A stretch of DNA of 64,000 bases, from the NCBI GenBank assembly GCA_963806225.1, contig CAWDXG010000004.1, positions 1,248,001 through 1,312,000 of the forward strand. Reading direction: 5' to 3'. The notes under the pieces were generated by a model, which was not told the origin of the DNA, made no database searches, and worked only from the letters and a program-made list of their open reading frames with translations. Shown piece by piece: positions 35,221 through 47,197 of the stretch (position 1 is the first letter of the stretch; each line of letters opens with the position of its first letter). Origin of the DNA: an uncultured delta proteobacterium (GTDB taxonomy: Bacteria > Myxococcota_A > Polyangia > Polyangiales > Polyangiaceae). A program made the position numbers and the translations under genes.

Positions 35221-37388
35221 CTAGACGCGCTCGACCTCGACGACGCCGCTGACCTTGGACAGCGCCTTCATCACGGTCTTCAGCTGGTTCAGGTCCGAGA
35301 CCTGGAAGGTGAAGATGTTGCAGGCACGGCCGTCGTCACTCGCGCGGCAGTTGGCCTCGTTGATGTTGATCTTCTGCGCGCTGAAGGTCTGGCTCACGGT
35401 GGCCAGGATGCCCGGCTTGTTGGTGGTGGTGACCTTGAGCTGCACGGGTCGGTTGATCTTCGCCCGCGTGTCCCAGGTGACCTCGACGCGACGCTCCGGA
35501 TCGGTGTCGAACGCCTTGATGCAACCGCGACGATGGATGGTCACGCCGCGGCCACGCGTGATGAAGCCGATGATGGGGTCGCCGGGCAGCGGATTGCAGC
35601 ACTTCGCGTAGCGCACCAGCACGTCGTCGATACCGCTGACGCGGATACCGCCCTGGTCGCGGCGCTTGACCCGGCGTACCAGCTGCTCGATACGCCCCGC
35701 CTTGAGCCCCGGCGGCGGTATCGAATGGCCCGACGGCTCGTGCGGGCCGCCTAGAGTCTTGACGACTTCCTCGGCGGCCAGCTTGCCGTAGCCGATGGCG
35801 AGCAGAAGCTCCTCCTTGCTGCCGAGACGGTGTGCCTCGGCCGCCCGCCGCACCTCGTCCTCGTTCTTGAGGAACTTGGTCAGACTCATCCCCGCCGTGT
35901 GCAGCTCGGTTTCCAGGAGCTCGCGACCGAGGTTGATGCTCTTCTCGCGCTGCTCGCTGCGCAGGAAATTGCGGATGCGGGTGCGGGCGCGCGTGGTAGC
36001 CGTGAAATCCAGCCAGTCCTTGCTCGGCTGCTGCGACGGCGAGGTCATCACCTCGACCACGTCGCCGTTCTTCAGCTTGTAGCGCAGGGGAACGATCTGC
36101 CCATTGGCACGCGCCCCCGAACAGTGGTGCCCGACCTCGGAGTGGATCGCGTAGGCGAAATCGATCGGCGTCGCGCCGCGCGGAAAGACGCGCACGTCGC
36201 CCTTGGGCGTGAAGACGTAGACCTCGTCGGGGAACAGGTCGATCTTCACGCTTTCGAGGAACTCCGCCGGGTCCTTCACATTCCGCTGGAAGTCCGCCAG
36301 CTCGCGCAACCAGGTGAACTTCTGCGCGTCCTCCGGGTCCACCCCGCCGGAGATGCGCTCCTTGTATTTCCAGTGTGCGGCGACGCCTTGCTCGGCAACG
36401 CGGTGCATCTCGTGCGTGCGGATCTGGATTTCGATGCGCTGTCGCCCGGGGCCGATGACCGTCGTGTGCAGCGACTGGTACATGTTCGGCTTGGGCAGCG
36501 CGATGTAGTCCTTGAAGCGCCCCGGAATCGGCGTCCACTTCGAGTGGATCACGCCGAGCGTGGCGTAGCAGTCGGCGACCGACTCGACGCCGATGCGGAA
36601 CGCGATGGTGTCGTAGACCTGCTCGAAGTCCACCTGCTGCGACTTCATCTTGCGGTGGATCGAGTAGACGTGCTTCGCCCGCCCGCTGACCTCCGCGGCG
36701 AAGCCATGCTCGGCCAGGCGTGAAGTGATGGTGCGGCACACACCTTCGATGTAGCGCTCGCGCTCCTTCTTCGACTTGGCTAGCTTGCCGACGATGTTCC
36801 GGTATGCGTCGGGGTCCAGGTACTGGAACGACAGATCCTCGAGCTCGCTCTTGATGCTCTGGATGCCAAGGCGGTTGGCGAGCGGCGCGTAGATCTCCAT
36901 CGTCTCGCGGGCGATGCGCTCCTGGCTCTCGGGCTTCATGTGCTCGAGCGTGCGCATGTTGTCGAGGCGGTCGCACAGCTTGATCGAGCAGGACCCGGAT
37001 GTCCTGCGCCATCGCCACGACCATCTTGCGGAAGTTCTCCGCCTGCCGGTCCTCGCGCGAGGTGAAGTTGATCTTGCCGAGCTTGGTGACGCCGTCGACC
37101 AGGGTGGCGATCTCGTGCCCGAACTCCCGCTCCATGTCATCGACGGTGGCGAGCGTGTCCTCGACCACGTCGTGCAGCAGGCCCGCGCACACGCTGGCCG
37201 TGTCGAGCCGGAGCTCGGCGATGATACCGGCTACGCTCGCCGGGTGGACGAAGTAGGGGTCCCCGCTCTTGCGGGTCTGCTCGCGATGCGCCCACTCGGA
37301 ATAGTGGTAGGCCCGCTCGAAGTAGGTCGACATCCGCACCGGGGTGGTACCCGTGAACCCGATCGACGATTTGTTCCAGTGCCAGCAC
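35221..37388 (-). CDS. relA: Bifunctional (p)ppGpp synthetase/hydrolase RelA/SpoT (apparent frameshifts near 37320 and 36985)
   Basis: RKSGDPY, LLHDVVED, DRLDNMRTL, YQSLHT, EIQIRT, TGS (DFAYAIHS) and ACT domains. Confidence 0.93.
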
Positions 37389-37521
37389 ACTCAGGGAGCC
37401 TGGCGCTTCGGCCGGCACTATGGAAATTAACACCGGGCCCCCGCACCCGCAATCGGGGGGCGACCCGGATAGCACCTCGCTTATTGAAGCCCGCCCCCGC
37501 CGGGGGCCCATCAGGACGAAC

Positions 37522-38724
37522 GTGGAGCCCACCCAGCAGACGCACAGGACGCCACCGGAAGCAGCCGGCCTCGGCGTCTACGTGCACTTCCCGTGGTGCC
37601 TGAAGAAGTGCCCGTACTGCGATTTCCTGAGCGTGGCGGCCGAGCGCCCGGAGATCCCGCATGCCGCGTATGCCTCGCAGATCAGTCGCCGAGCTCGCGC
37701 GGCGGGCCACGGAAACGGGCCCGAGGAAGCTTGCCAGCGTGTTCTTCGGCGGCGGTACGCCGTCCCTCTGGGAGCCCAGGGAGCTCGGGCGGGTTCTCGC
37801 GGCTATCCGCGCCCATTTTCGCCGGCGACGACCCCGAGGTCACGGTGGAGTGCAACCCGACGAGCTTCGACGAGGAGCGGGCGCGGGCGCTGATGGACGC
37901 GGGCGTCGGGCGCGTGAGCATCGGGGTGCAGGGGCTCGACGACGAGCGGCTGCGTTTCCTGGGTCGCCTGCACGACGTGGCCGGCGGGCTCGAGGCGGTG
38001 CGCGCAGCCGTGCGCGCGGGCGTCGCGCGCGTCTCGGCGGATCTCATCTTCGGCGTGGCAGGACAGAACAGCCGGGAGGCCGCGGACGAGGCGCACCGGG
38101 TAGCCGAGCTCGGCGTCACCCACCTCTCCGCCTACGCGCTCACCATCGAGCCGGGCACGCTGTTCGGTGCGCTGGCCAAGAAAGGGCGACTGCCCCTGCT
38201 CGGCGACGACCAGGTCGCCGAGAGCTTCCTCGCGCGTGGACGAGACGCTCTCGGCGCTCGGCTTCGAGCACTACGAGATCAGCAACTTCGCGCACGGCGG
38301 AGACTTCGCCGAGCACAATGTCGGCTACTGGCGGGGCCGGGACTACCTGGGGCTCGGCGCGGGAGCGTGGGGCACGCTGTCGCTACCGGACGGCCGCGTG
38401 CGCTACCGCAACACGCCTTCGCCCGAGCGCTACCTCGAGACGGACTGGGCGACGATCGATCCTGCCAGCGCGGCGAGCGAGCTGGAACCGCTGTCGCCGG
38501 AGACGTCGCTCGCCGAGCGCATCCTGCTTGGACTGCGCATGGCCGACGGCGTCGACCTCGGACAGGCCGCACGGGAAACCGGAGCCGCGGCCTGGACGGC
38601 CGAGCGCGAGCGCGTCGCCGAGCGCCTGGTCGCGCGAGGCCGGCTCGCTCGCGACGGCGATCGGATCTGGATCCCGCGCGAGGCGTGGCTCTTCGCCGAC
38701 GGGACGATCAGCGAGCTGCTCTAG
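37522..38724 (+). CDS. hemW: Radical SAM heme chaperone HemW (apparent frameshifts near 37685, 37820 and 38230)
   Basis: [43 protein letters not shown]. Confidence 0.88.
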
Positions 38725-40096
38725 CCAGATTCGCTTCGCTCATCGCGGGCTCGCTGTCGCTCGCCGGGCGTTCGGCGATCCAGGCATCCAGCTCGGCGAG
38801 CGCGCGCTCGGCCATGGCGCGGTAGCGCGCCCGCTTCTTCAGCCGCTCACCTTCCCACGGTGGCAGATGCGAAAACGTGATGTTCGACGGCTGGTAGCTC
38901 TCCGCGGGCCTCGCCAGATGCGTCAAGAGACCGCCGTGTGCCGTCGCCGGCGGCGGCAGCGACGGCTCACGCCCGGCGAGCCGCTCGGCGATGAACCACG
39001 CCGCGAGCCAGCCGCCCGCCGCGCTCTCCACGTAGCCCTCGGTACCGGTGATCTGTCCGGCGAAGTACAGCCCTGGTTCGCTGCGAAGCTGCAGCGTCGC
39101 ATCGAGCAGCGTCGGTGCTGCCAGGAACGTGTTCCTGTGCACAGCTCCGTAGCGCGAGAACTCGGCGTTCTCGAGCCCCGGAATGGTACGGAACACCCGC
39201 GCCTGCTCGCCCCAGGCCATGCGCGTCTGGAAGCCGACGATATTGTAGGCCGTGCCCGCCTCGTCTTCCTTGCGCAGCTGCACGACCGCCCACGGGCGGT
39301 GCCCGGTGCGCGGATCGACCAGGCCCACCGGTTTCATCGGTCCGAACGAGAGCGTCTGCGGCCCCCGCTCGGCCATCACCTCGATCGGCAGGCAGCCTTC
39401 GAAGTAGCGCGCGTCCTCGAACTCTCGCGGCTCGACCTTGCGCGCCGCGAGCACGTCCGCCACGAACTTCTCGTACTGCGGCTTGTCGAGCGGGCAGTTG
39501 ACGTAGGCGCTCTGGTCCTCGTCGCTCTCGCCCTTGTTCCAGCGCGACGCGCAGAACACCTTGTCCCAGTCGATGCTGTCAGCCGTCACGATGGGCGCGA
39601 TGGCGTCGTAGTAGGCGAGTGCCTCGCTGCCCACGCGCGCGGCAATGTCCGCGGCCAGGGCGTCGCCGGTGAGCGGCCCCGTGGCGATGACGAGCGGACG
39701 CTCGTCGGGAACGCGCTCGACGACCGCGCTCTCGACTTCGATCAGCGGCTCTTCGCCGATCATCCGCGTCATCTCGGCGCTGAACCGCTCGCGGTCGACG
39801 GCCAATGCGCCGCCCGCCGGCACGCGCGTGGCTTCCGCCGCGCGCATCACGAACGAACCGAGTCGGCGCATCTCCTCTTTGAGTAGACCCACCGCATTTT
39901 CCAGCGCGGCGCCCCGGAACGAGTTCGAGCAGACGAGCTCGCACAGGGCGTCGCTGGTCTGTGCCGGCGTGCGCGCCAGCGGCTTCTGCTCGAGGAGACG
40001 CACGCGGACGCCGCGCGCAGCGAGCTGCAGCGCGGCCTCGGACCCGGCCAGGCCGGCGCCGACAATGGTGACCGGCCCAGGCTCCGTCGGGCTCAT
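38708..40096 (-). CDS. trmFO: Folate/FAD-dependent tRNA m5U54 methyltransferase TrmFO
   Basis: [37 protein letters not shown]. Confidence 0.95.
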   Translation of the reverse strand: MSPTEPGPVTIVGAGLAGSEAALQLAARGVRVRLLEQKPLARTPAQTSDALCELVCSNSFRGAALENAVGLLKEEMRRLGSFVMRAAEATRVPAGGALAVDRERFSAEMTRMIGEEPLIEVESAVVERVPDERPLVIATGPLTGDALAADIAARVGSEALAYYDAIAPIVTADSIDWDKVFCASRWNKGESDEDQSAYVNCPLDKPQYEKFVADVLAARKVEPREFEDARYFEGCLPIEVMAERGPQTLSFGPMKPVGLVDPRTGHRPWAVVQLRKEDEAGTAYNIVGFQTRMAWGEQARVFRTIPGLENAEFSRYGAVHRNTFLAAPTLLDATLQLRSEPGLYFAGQITGTEGYVESAAGGWLAAWFIAERLAGREPSLPPPATAHGGLLTHLARPAESYQPSNITFSHLPPWEGERLKKRARYRAMAERALAELDAWIAERPASDSEPAMSEANLARAAR

Positions 40097-42550
40097 GGGG
40101 AGACGGATGCGGGCGCCGTCGAGTCCTTGCTGCTACTGCCGTCGGTCGCGCTACCGGGCTTGGCTTCCGTTTTCGGCGCGTCGGCCGCCGGCTCCTCGAT
40201 AGGCCGGGAGTAGCCGCACTCCTTGCCGCGCGGGCAGACCAGCTTGGGAGCCTTCTTCCCGCCGCCGACGACCAGAAACGGGTGTTTGCACTCTGGGCAG
40301 GGCTCCGGGATGGGCTTTTGCCACACCTTGAAGTCGCAGTCCGGGTAGTTCGCGCAGCCGTAGAACGTGCGGCCGCCGCGCTTCTTCGGGCGCACCTCGA
40401 CGATGTCGCCGCCGCACTTCGGGCACGGCACGCCGAGCGGTATGGGCCGGGTGTTCTTGCACTTCGGGTAGTCGCTGCAGGACAGGAACTCGCCGTAACG
40501 GCCCGTCTTGATCACCATCGGCTTGCCGCACTCGTCGCACACGATGTCCGTGAGGCGCGGCTTGGCGGGCTCGCCGTCCGCCGCGAGGTCCTGCGTGAAC
40601 TTGCACTTCGGGTACGCCTCGCAGCCGAGGAACCAGCCGTTCTTGCTCCAGCGCTTGAGCATGCGCGAACCGCACTCCTCGCACTTGAAGTCGGTGGGCT
40701 CCGGCTCGGGCGACCAGCGCTTCTCCTTCTTCGCCTTGTCGAGCACTTCGCGAAAGCGCTTGTAGAAGCGACCGAGCAGCTCGACGCGATCCAGCTTGCC
40801 GGCTTCGACCTCGTCCAGGTCTTCCTCCATCTTCGCGGTGAAGTCCGGATCCATGAAGTCGAGGTGCGTGGAGACCAGGCCATCGACGACGATCTTGCCG
40901 AGCTCGCTCGCCTTCATCTGGCCGCCTGGGAGCTTTTCCACGTAGTCGCGCGCCTGCACCTTGCTGATGATCTCGGCGTACGTGCTGGGGCGACCGATGC
41001 CGCGCTTCTCCAGCTCGCGGACCAGCGAGCCCTCGTTGTAGCGGGGGGGCGGCTGGGTGAACTTCTGATCGGTGCTCACGCCGGGCGGCGCGACGATGGA
41101 GAGCGCTTCGCCCTCCACGAGCTCGGGCAGCGTGCCCTCGGCGTCGTCGTCCAGGCTGGCGGCGCGCTTGGCGGCGCCGTTCCTGCTCGAGCCGGGCGCT
41201 TCGTCCTCGCCCGCCAGTGACTTCGGCGCATCCTCGCCGAACGGCTTGTCGCTCTTGCCATGCTGGTACTGCTCGAGCCAGCCGGAGAACTTGAGAACCT
41301 TGCCACTGGCGCGCAGCCCCAGCGTACCGAAGCGCTTGTCCGTGCGACCCGGCTTGGCCTCGATATCGACGCCGGTCTGGTCGTAGACGGCCGACGCCAT
41401 CTGCGAAGCGACGAAGCGATCCCAGATCAGCTTGTAGAGCTTGAACTGCTCGTCGGTCAGGTGACGGCGGACACGATCCGGCGAATATTCCAGGGAGGTC
41501 GGGCGGATCGCCTCGTGCGCTTCCTGGGCGTTCTTGCGCGCCTTGTACAGGTTCGGATTGGCGGGCAGGTACTGCTCGCCAAACGTCTCCTTGATGTGCT
41601 CGCGCACCGCGTCGATGGCGTCGGTACTCACGCGCACGGCGTCCGTACGCATGTAGGTGATGAGACCGACCTGGCCGCCGTCCTTCTTGAGGTCGACGCC
41701 CTCGTACAGCTTCTGCGCGATCGACATCGTGCGCTTCGTCGTGAAGTGCAGATAGCTCGTCGCGTCCTGCTGCAGCTTGCTGGTGGTGTAGGGCGCCGTG
41801 GCGTTGCGCTTCTGCTCGCGACGCGTGACCTTCGTCACCTTGAAGCTCGCGCTTTCGAGATCCTGCGCGGACCTCGCCCGCCAGTTTGCCCTCCTTGACC
41901 TCGATCTTCTCGCCGTCGGCCTTGGTCAGACGCGCCGCCACCGGCTGCGGCTGCTTGCCGCGCAGCGCGACGCCGATGTTCCAGTACTCCTCCGGAACGA
42001 ACGCCTCGATCTCGCGCTCGCGCTCCACGATGAGCCGGAGCGCCACCGACTGCACACGTCCGGCACTCAGCCCGAAAGCGAGCTTGGACCACACCAGCGC
42101 GGACACGTCGTAGCCGACGATGCGATCGAGCACGCGGCGGGCGCGCTGTGCGTCGTACAGTCCCTCGTCCAGCTTGCGCGGATGCTCGAGGCCCGCCTGC
42201 ACGCCCTTCTTCGTGATCTCGTGGAACTCCACGCGCTGCACGTCGAGCTTGGGGCGCTTCAGCTCGTCGGCGATGTGCCAGGCGATGGCCTCCCCCTCGC
42301 GATCGGGGTCGGTAGCGAGCAGCAAGCGCTCGGCCTTCTTCGCGTGCGTCTTGAGATCGGCCAGGACCTTCGCCTTGCTCTCGATGACCTCGTATGTCTC
42401 GCGAAAGCCGTCCTCGACGTCGATGCCCATCTTCTTGGGCAGGTCCTTCACATGGCCCTTGCTCGCCATCACCTCGAAGCCCTGGCCCAGGTACTTCTTG
42501 ATGGTCTTGGCCTTGGCCGGCGACTCCACGACGACGAGCGTTTTGCTCAT
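40093..42550 (-). CDS. topA: DNA topoisomerase I (apparent frameshift near 41865)
   Basis: [42 protein letters not shown]-terminal zinc ribbons. Confidence 0.95.
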
Positions 42551-42643
42551 GAACCTCTCGAACCTTTCCTCACCCTGAATGGGCCCCGGCGCGCGGCGGC
42601 GCAAGTCCGGGGTCGCGAGCGCCTGTTACAAACTTCTTTGAAT

Positions 42644-43789
42644 TCAGCTAGTTACAAGTTTCAAGCGGCCTGCCAGGTCGGCAACTAAGACTCCTCTTAG
42701 CGTCAGCGTCAAGAGAAGTTCCTGAATCCGGCCCACCGATAGACCCGTCCGGGAGCAGACATCGTCGGGGCAGATGGCCCCGGCACGGACCGCGTCAAGC
42801 ACCCTGAGCGCGTCGCTCCCGAACGCCGAATCTTCCGTTACTCCTAGCATTTGCTGGCGGACCTGCAGCCCCACTGGGCGCGCCGCCACAGAACGACGGC
42901 TCCGGCCACCGGCCTGCTGACCGGAAGACTTGCGGCGCCGGCTGTTCGAACGGTCTGCCGCCGCTCGCGCGGGCGCACGCGCACACGCGCACACGCAGGG
43001 GGGCACGGGCGAGCACGCGGGCGCGCGCGCGCGGCAGCCCGATCGACCCTTCACGAGGCACACGCTCCGAGCGCGTCGTGCCCACCGGGCGAGCCGCTCC
43101 GGGTCGAGCTCGCCGACAGAGAGCGGGATGGCGTGCAGCCGCGCCGCGACGAGCAGGTCGAGCACGTCGCGCTCGCCGTACAGCGGGCGGGCGCCGAGCT
43201 TCAGCTCGAGGATGCAGCCAAGGCCCTGACCGTTGTACGGCGCGGCCGGCGCCACGAACACGGGCCGGCCGAGCCGGCGCGCGTGGGCCGCAGCGTTGCG
43301 CGCTCCGCTGCGGAGCGGCGCTTCCACCACGACGAGCGCGTGGCAGAACGCCACCAGACAGGCGTTGCGCGGGAAGAACGCTCCGCGCGACGCGGGCGTA
43401 CCCGACGGCGCGAGCGACAGGTACGCCCCACCGTGTTCGACCACCTGCCGGAACAGCGCGCCGTTGTGCTCCGGAAATGGCCGATCGAAACCTCCCGGCG
43501 CCACGACCACCGTGGTGCCGCCGACCGAAAGCGCTCCGCGATGCGCCATGCTGTCGATACCGTCGGCGCCGCCGGACAGCACCGCGACGCCCTGCTGGGC
43601 CAGCCGTGCGGCGAGCTCGAACGCGAACAGCGCCGCCCCGCGCGTGGGATGGCGCGTGCCGACGATCGCGACGCGCGGCCCGCGCGGCAGCTCGCCGCGC
43701 AGGTAGAGCGCTTCGGGAGGTTCGGACAGCTCGCCCAGGCCGGGCGGAAGACGTGCGCCGGACAGGCGGCGTTCGCGAGGCAGGGGCAC
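42644..43789 (-). CDS. dprA: DNA processing protein DprA
   Basis: VAIVGTR, SGGADGIDSMAH, FFPRN, VVEAPLRSGA; dprA-topA-trmFO synteny. Confidence 0.9.
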   Translation of the reverse strand: MPLPRERRLSGARLPPGLGELSEPPEALYLRGELPRGPRVAIVGTRHPTRGAALFAFELAARLAQQGVAVLSGGADGIDSMAHRGALSVGGTTVVVAPGGFDRPFPEHNGALFRQVVEHGGAYLSLAPSGTPASRGAFFPRNACLVAFCHALVVVEAPLRSGARNAAAHARRLGRPVFVAPAAPYNGQGLGCILELKLGARPLYGERDVLDLLVAARLHAIPLSVGELDPERLARWARRARSVCLVKGRSGCRARAPACSPVPPCVCACARAPARAAADRSNSRRRKSSGQQAGGRSRRSVAARPVGLQVRQQMLGVTEDSAFGSDALRVLDAVRAGAICPDDVCSRTGLSVGRIQELLLTLTLRGVLVADLAGRLKLVTS

Positions 43790-43849
43790 ACCGCCTGCTC
43801 GGTCGCCAAGCAGCGCCGGTTGCTAGCGCACGGCGATTTCCGGTCGCGG

Positions 43850-44500
43850 CTACTTCACATAGATCTGCGCGGCGACAGCGCCCGCACCGCCGCTCGCCTT
43901 GATCACCGCCGTGGCGGGGAACGCGACGGGGAATGCGTTCTTCCAGCAGGGCGTGATGGCCCCCGCCGGACCGGTGGTGTTGTCGACGGCGATCACGGCG
44001 CTCGGCAGCGGCAGGCCCGCCATCGGCTTGGCGGTGATCTGGACGTCGACCTCCGTAACGCCGGGGCCGCCCTGCGCCAGCACCGCGTAGCACTTGTGCG
44101 GCTGGATCATGAACTGCTGCTCGATCTGGCCGCCCTGCTGCACCACGCCACCGAACAGCTCGCCTTCCTTCTTCATGTAGCGGGCCTGCTTCGGAGCGCG
44201 CTTCTTGATCTCCGCCTCCAGCATCTGCTGCGTGACCATGTCCAGAGCCTGCGGCCCCGCATCCGCGGCGGGCGCGGCGTCCGTTGCCGCCGCGCCGGCA
44301 TCCGGCGCGGGCATCGCGCCCGCCTCGGGTGGCGGCGCGGCGTCGGCGGCGTAGTTCTGCGGAGGTGTCGGCGGATACTCCACCGGCTTTTCCTTCTTGC
44401 AGCCCGCACCCAACGCGAACGCGACCGCTGCGCCGCTCACGCCCAACACGACCGAACGGCGCACTGCCGGCGTCCACGACAACCTGGAGGATCGTTTCAT
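43850..44500 (-). CDS. Hypothetical lipoprotein (paralog of 44512-45294)
   Basis: Lipobox GAGC-KKEK, Pro/Ala linker, C-domain with CY..GG.GV and AQ.Y.K end. Confidence 0.75.
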   Translation of the reverse strand: MKRSSRLSWTPAVRRSVVLGVSGAAVAFALGAGCKKEKPVEYPPTPPQNYAADAAPPPEAGAMPAPDAGAAATDAAPAADAGPQALDMVTQQMLEAEIKKRAPKQARYMKKEGELFGGVVQQGGQIEQQFMIQPHKCYAVLAQGGPGVTEVDVQITAKPMAGLPLPSAVIAVDNTTGPAGAITPCWKNAFPVAFPATAVIKASGGAGAVAAQIYVK

Positions 44501-44511
44501 GTGGCGTTGCC

Positions 44512-45294
44512 TCACTTCTTGTAGGCCTGGGCTCCGACCATGCCCTGACCCTTGATGACGTGCATGTCCACCTTCACCTGCATCGGCAAGGGGTACGGGT
44601 TCTTGATGCACTGCCCGTCCGCGCCGACCATCGGCACGTTGTCCGTCGCGGCGCTCTGCGCGAGGACCTGCGGCGGCAGCGGCGGCGCCGTGATCAGGTT
44701 GATCTGGTATTGGAACACGCCCAGGCCGCCGAAGCCGATGATCGTGTAGCAGCCGCCGGCCTGCAGCGTGAGCTGGCCCTGGGCGTGCCCGTCCTGCTGC
44801 AGCTGGGCGCTCAGGAGCTTGCCGTCGGCGCGCATCCCCTTGGCGTGGATCGTCGCCTGCGACTTGATGCCCTGCTGGATCGGGCCGAGCTGCCCACCGG
44901 TGAGCGCGCCCATGGACGCCGCAGTCCCCGCGAGGGCTCCGGCGACGATGTTCTGCAGCGTGTTCGGATCGGAGAGGATCGCGCCGAGCGGCGGGACCTG
45001 CCCCGGTTGCTGCTGGCTCGCGGCCGGCGGCGGCTGGCCGGGCTGACCAGGCTGGGGCTGGCCGTAGCCGGGCTGACCAGGCTGGGGCTGGCCGTAGCCG
45101 GGCTGACCAGGCTGGGGCTGGCCGTAGCCGGGCTGACCAGGCTGGGGCTGGCCGTAGCCGGGCTGTCCGGGCTGTGGGCCGGCCTGGCCCTGCTGGAACC
45201 CCTGCGCATTCTGCGGAGGCTGGTCGTTCTTCTTGCATCCCGTCGCGAGCGCGGTCGCGATCACGACGCCGTAGATCATCAGCTTCTCGGTCAT
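44512..45294 (-). CDS. Hypothetical lipoprotein with QPGYGQP repeats
   Basis: Lipobox ATGC-KKND; same C-domain pattern as neighbour. Confidence 0.78.
   Translation of the reverse strand: MTEKLMIYGVVIATALATGCKKNDQPPQNAQGFQQGQAGPQPGQPGYGQPQPGQPGYGQPQPGQPGYGQPQPGQPGYGQPQPGQPGQPPPAASQQQPGQVPPLGAILSDPNTLQNIVAGALAGTAASMGALTGGQLGPIQQGIKSQATIHAKGMRADGKLLSAQLQQDGHAQGQLTLQAGGCYTIIGFGGLGVFQYQINLITAPPLPPQVLAQSAATDNVPMVGADGQCIKNPYPLPMQVKVDMHVIKGQGMVGAQAYKK
45041..45160 (-). repeat. Perfect 30-bp tandem repeat x4 encoding PGYGQPQPGQ
   Basis: GGCTGACCAGGCTGGGGCTGGCCGTAGCCG repeated four times on the plus strand. Confidence 0.95.
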
Positions 45295-45461
45295 CTCTCC
45301 CCTGCCTTCAACGCTGGAACGACTGACAACGGCGCGATCCTACACCGCCTTTCCCGTCGCGGACCAGCACCCTGCTCGGCCGCCCCGATCGCCCATGATC
45401 CCCGTCGGCGCGCCAGAAACCGCGACCCCGGGGTCGACCCAGGTGCTAACAAGCCCCGGTC

Positions 45462-46421
45462 ATGAAAGTCGTCGTCGCAACGCACGGCCACTGTTTCGAC
45501 GGCCTCGCCAGCGCTGTGATGTTCACGCGGCTCAGGCAGGCCGCGGGCGGAGACGCACCCACGTTCGAATACCGCAGCTGCGGCTACGGCGCCGGCCAGC
45601 AGAAGCCCGACGACCGGCTGCTCGCCGGCGACGAGAACGCCATCCTCGACTTCCGCTTCAGCACCTCGCCGAAGCTCACCTGGTACTTCGATCACCACCG
45701 GACAGCCTTTACGACGGACGCCGAGCGACGACTATTCGAAGAGCGCGCCGGCTCTGGACGCTTCTTCTACGACGCGGAATGCAGCTCCTGCACCCGTCTG
45801 CTCGCGCGGGTCGGCCGGGAGCACTTCGATTTTTCCGATCCGCACCTCGACGAGCTGGTGCGCTGGGCGGACATCATCGACACGGCAAGCTTCGAAAGTG
45901 CACAGCAGGCCATCGACCGCACCGATCCGGTAATGCGCCTGGTCAGCGTGGTCGAGCACTACGGCGACGATCGCTTCCTGACGCGCCTGGTGCCGAAGCT
46001 GCTCGAACAGCCGCTCGCGGAGGTGGCCGTCCTGAAGGAGATCGAGGACCGCTATCGCTCGATCGGCAAGCGACACGCGCGCTTCATCGAGCGAGTGAAG
46101 ACGCATGCGCAGAAGACGGGGCGCGTCGTGTTCGTGGATCTGACCGACGAGGTGCAGGACACCATCGGCAAGTTCGTCACCTACGCCCTGTATCCGGAGC
46201 GCACGTACTCGGTGGTCGTCGGCCTGATGAAGAACGGCGTGAAGATCTCGGTTGGCTATAACCCCTGGTCCGGCCACGAGCTCGACGCCGACATCAGCGA
46301 GATCTGCGCGCGCCACGGCGGCGGCGGACATCCGGTGGTGGGCGGCATCTCCTTCAAGAAGGACGAGCTCGAGCGCGCCCGCGAGGTCGCCCGCGAGATC
46401 GTCGGCGAGCTGTCGGGCTAG
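45462..46421 (+). CDS. DHH-family phosphoesterase
   Basis: HGHCFDG, ILDF, FDHH, C-terminal GGGGHPVVGG. Confidence 0.85.
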   Translation: MKVVVATHGHCFDGLASAVMFTRLRQAAGGDAPTFEYRSCGYGAGQQKPDDRLLAGDENAILDFRFSTSPKLTWYFDHHRTAFTTDAERRLFEERAGSGRFFYDAECSSCTRLLARVGREHFDFSDPHLDELVRWADIIDTASFESAQQAIDRTDPVMRLVSVVEHYGDDRFLTRLVPKLLEQPLAEVAVLKEIEDRYRSIGKRHARFIERVKTHAQKTGRVVFVDLTDEVQDTIGKFVTYALYPERTYSVVVGLMKNGVKISVGYNPWSGHELDADISEICARHGGGGHPVVGGISFKKDELERAREVAREIVGELSG

Positions 46422-46429
46422 GCTTTGCC

Positions 46430-47173
46430 GTGACCTCGGGGTGGACACGTCGGGACGGGCGGCCACTGGTGCTCGGCCACCGCGGCGCGCGCTACGCCGC
46501 GCCCGAGAATACGCTGGCAGCCTTCGAGCTGGCGCGCGAGGAAGCAGCGGACGGCGTGGAGCTCGACGTGCGCCTCGACGCCGACGGCAACGTGGTCGTG
46601 CTGCACGACCGCACGCTCGAGCGCGTGACCGACGGCCGCGAGCGGCGCGACGTGGAGCACATCCCGGCCGGCGAGCTATCGCGGATCGACGTGGGAGGCG
46701 GCGCAGCTGTACCGCGCCTGGAAGAAGTGCTCGACTGGGCCGCCGGCTCGGACATGCTCGTGAACATCGAGCTGAAGCACGACGTATCCGATCGCGATCG
46801 ACTGGTCACGGGCGTGGTGGAGCTCGTTTGCGCGCGGCAGGACCCCGGCCAGTGGCTGCTCCTGTCGAGCTTTCACCCGGGGATCGTTTGGCGCCTGGCG
46901 CGGCGCCTGCCGGACGTGCGCGTCGCGTGGCTGGTCCACAAGGGCCAGCGCTTCGCGCGCCACGGGCGCGGCTTCCGTCTGCTCGGCGCCGGCGCCGTCC
47001 ACCCCGAACACGTGCTGGTCACAGAGCGCCGCATCGCCCGCTGGCATCACGGCAGCGCGCGGGTCAACACCTGGACCGTCAACGATCCCGACCGCGCCCG
47101 CGAGCTCGCCGCCCTCGGCGTCGACGCGATCATCAGCGACAAGCCCGGCTTGATCCGGGACGCGGTGAGCTAG
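46430..47173 (+). CDS. Glycerophosphodiester phosphodiesterase
   Basis: GHRGA..PENTLAAF, GVELDV, HD, NIELK, WTVND, GVDAIISD. Confidence 0.92.
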   Translation: MTSGWTRRDGRPLVLGHRGARYAAPENTLAAFELAREEAADGVELDVRLDADGNVVVLHDRTLERVTDGRERRDVEHIPAGELSRIDVGGGAAVPRLEEVLDWAAGSDMLVNIELKHDVSDRDRLVTGVVELVCARQDPGQWLLLSSFHPGIVWRLARRLPDVRVAWLVHKGQRFARHGRGFRLLGAGAVHPEHVLVTERRIARWHHGSARVNTWTVNDPDRARELAALGVDAIISDKPGLIRDAVS

Positions 47174-47197
47174 CGGCGCGACCGGGGCCGGCCTTGG

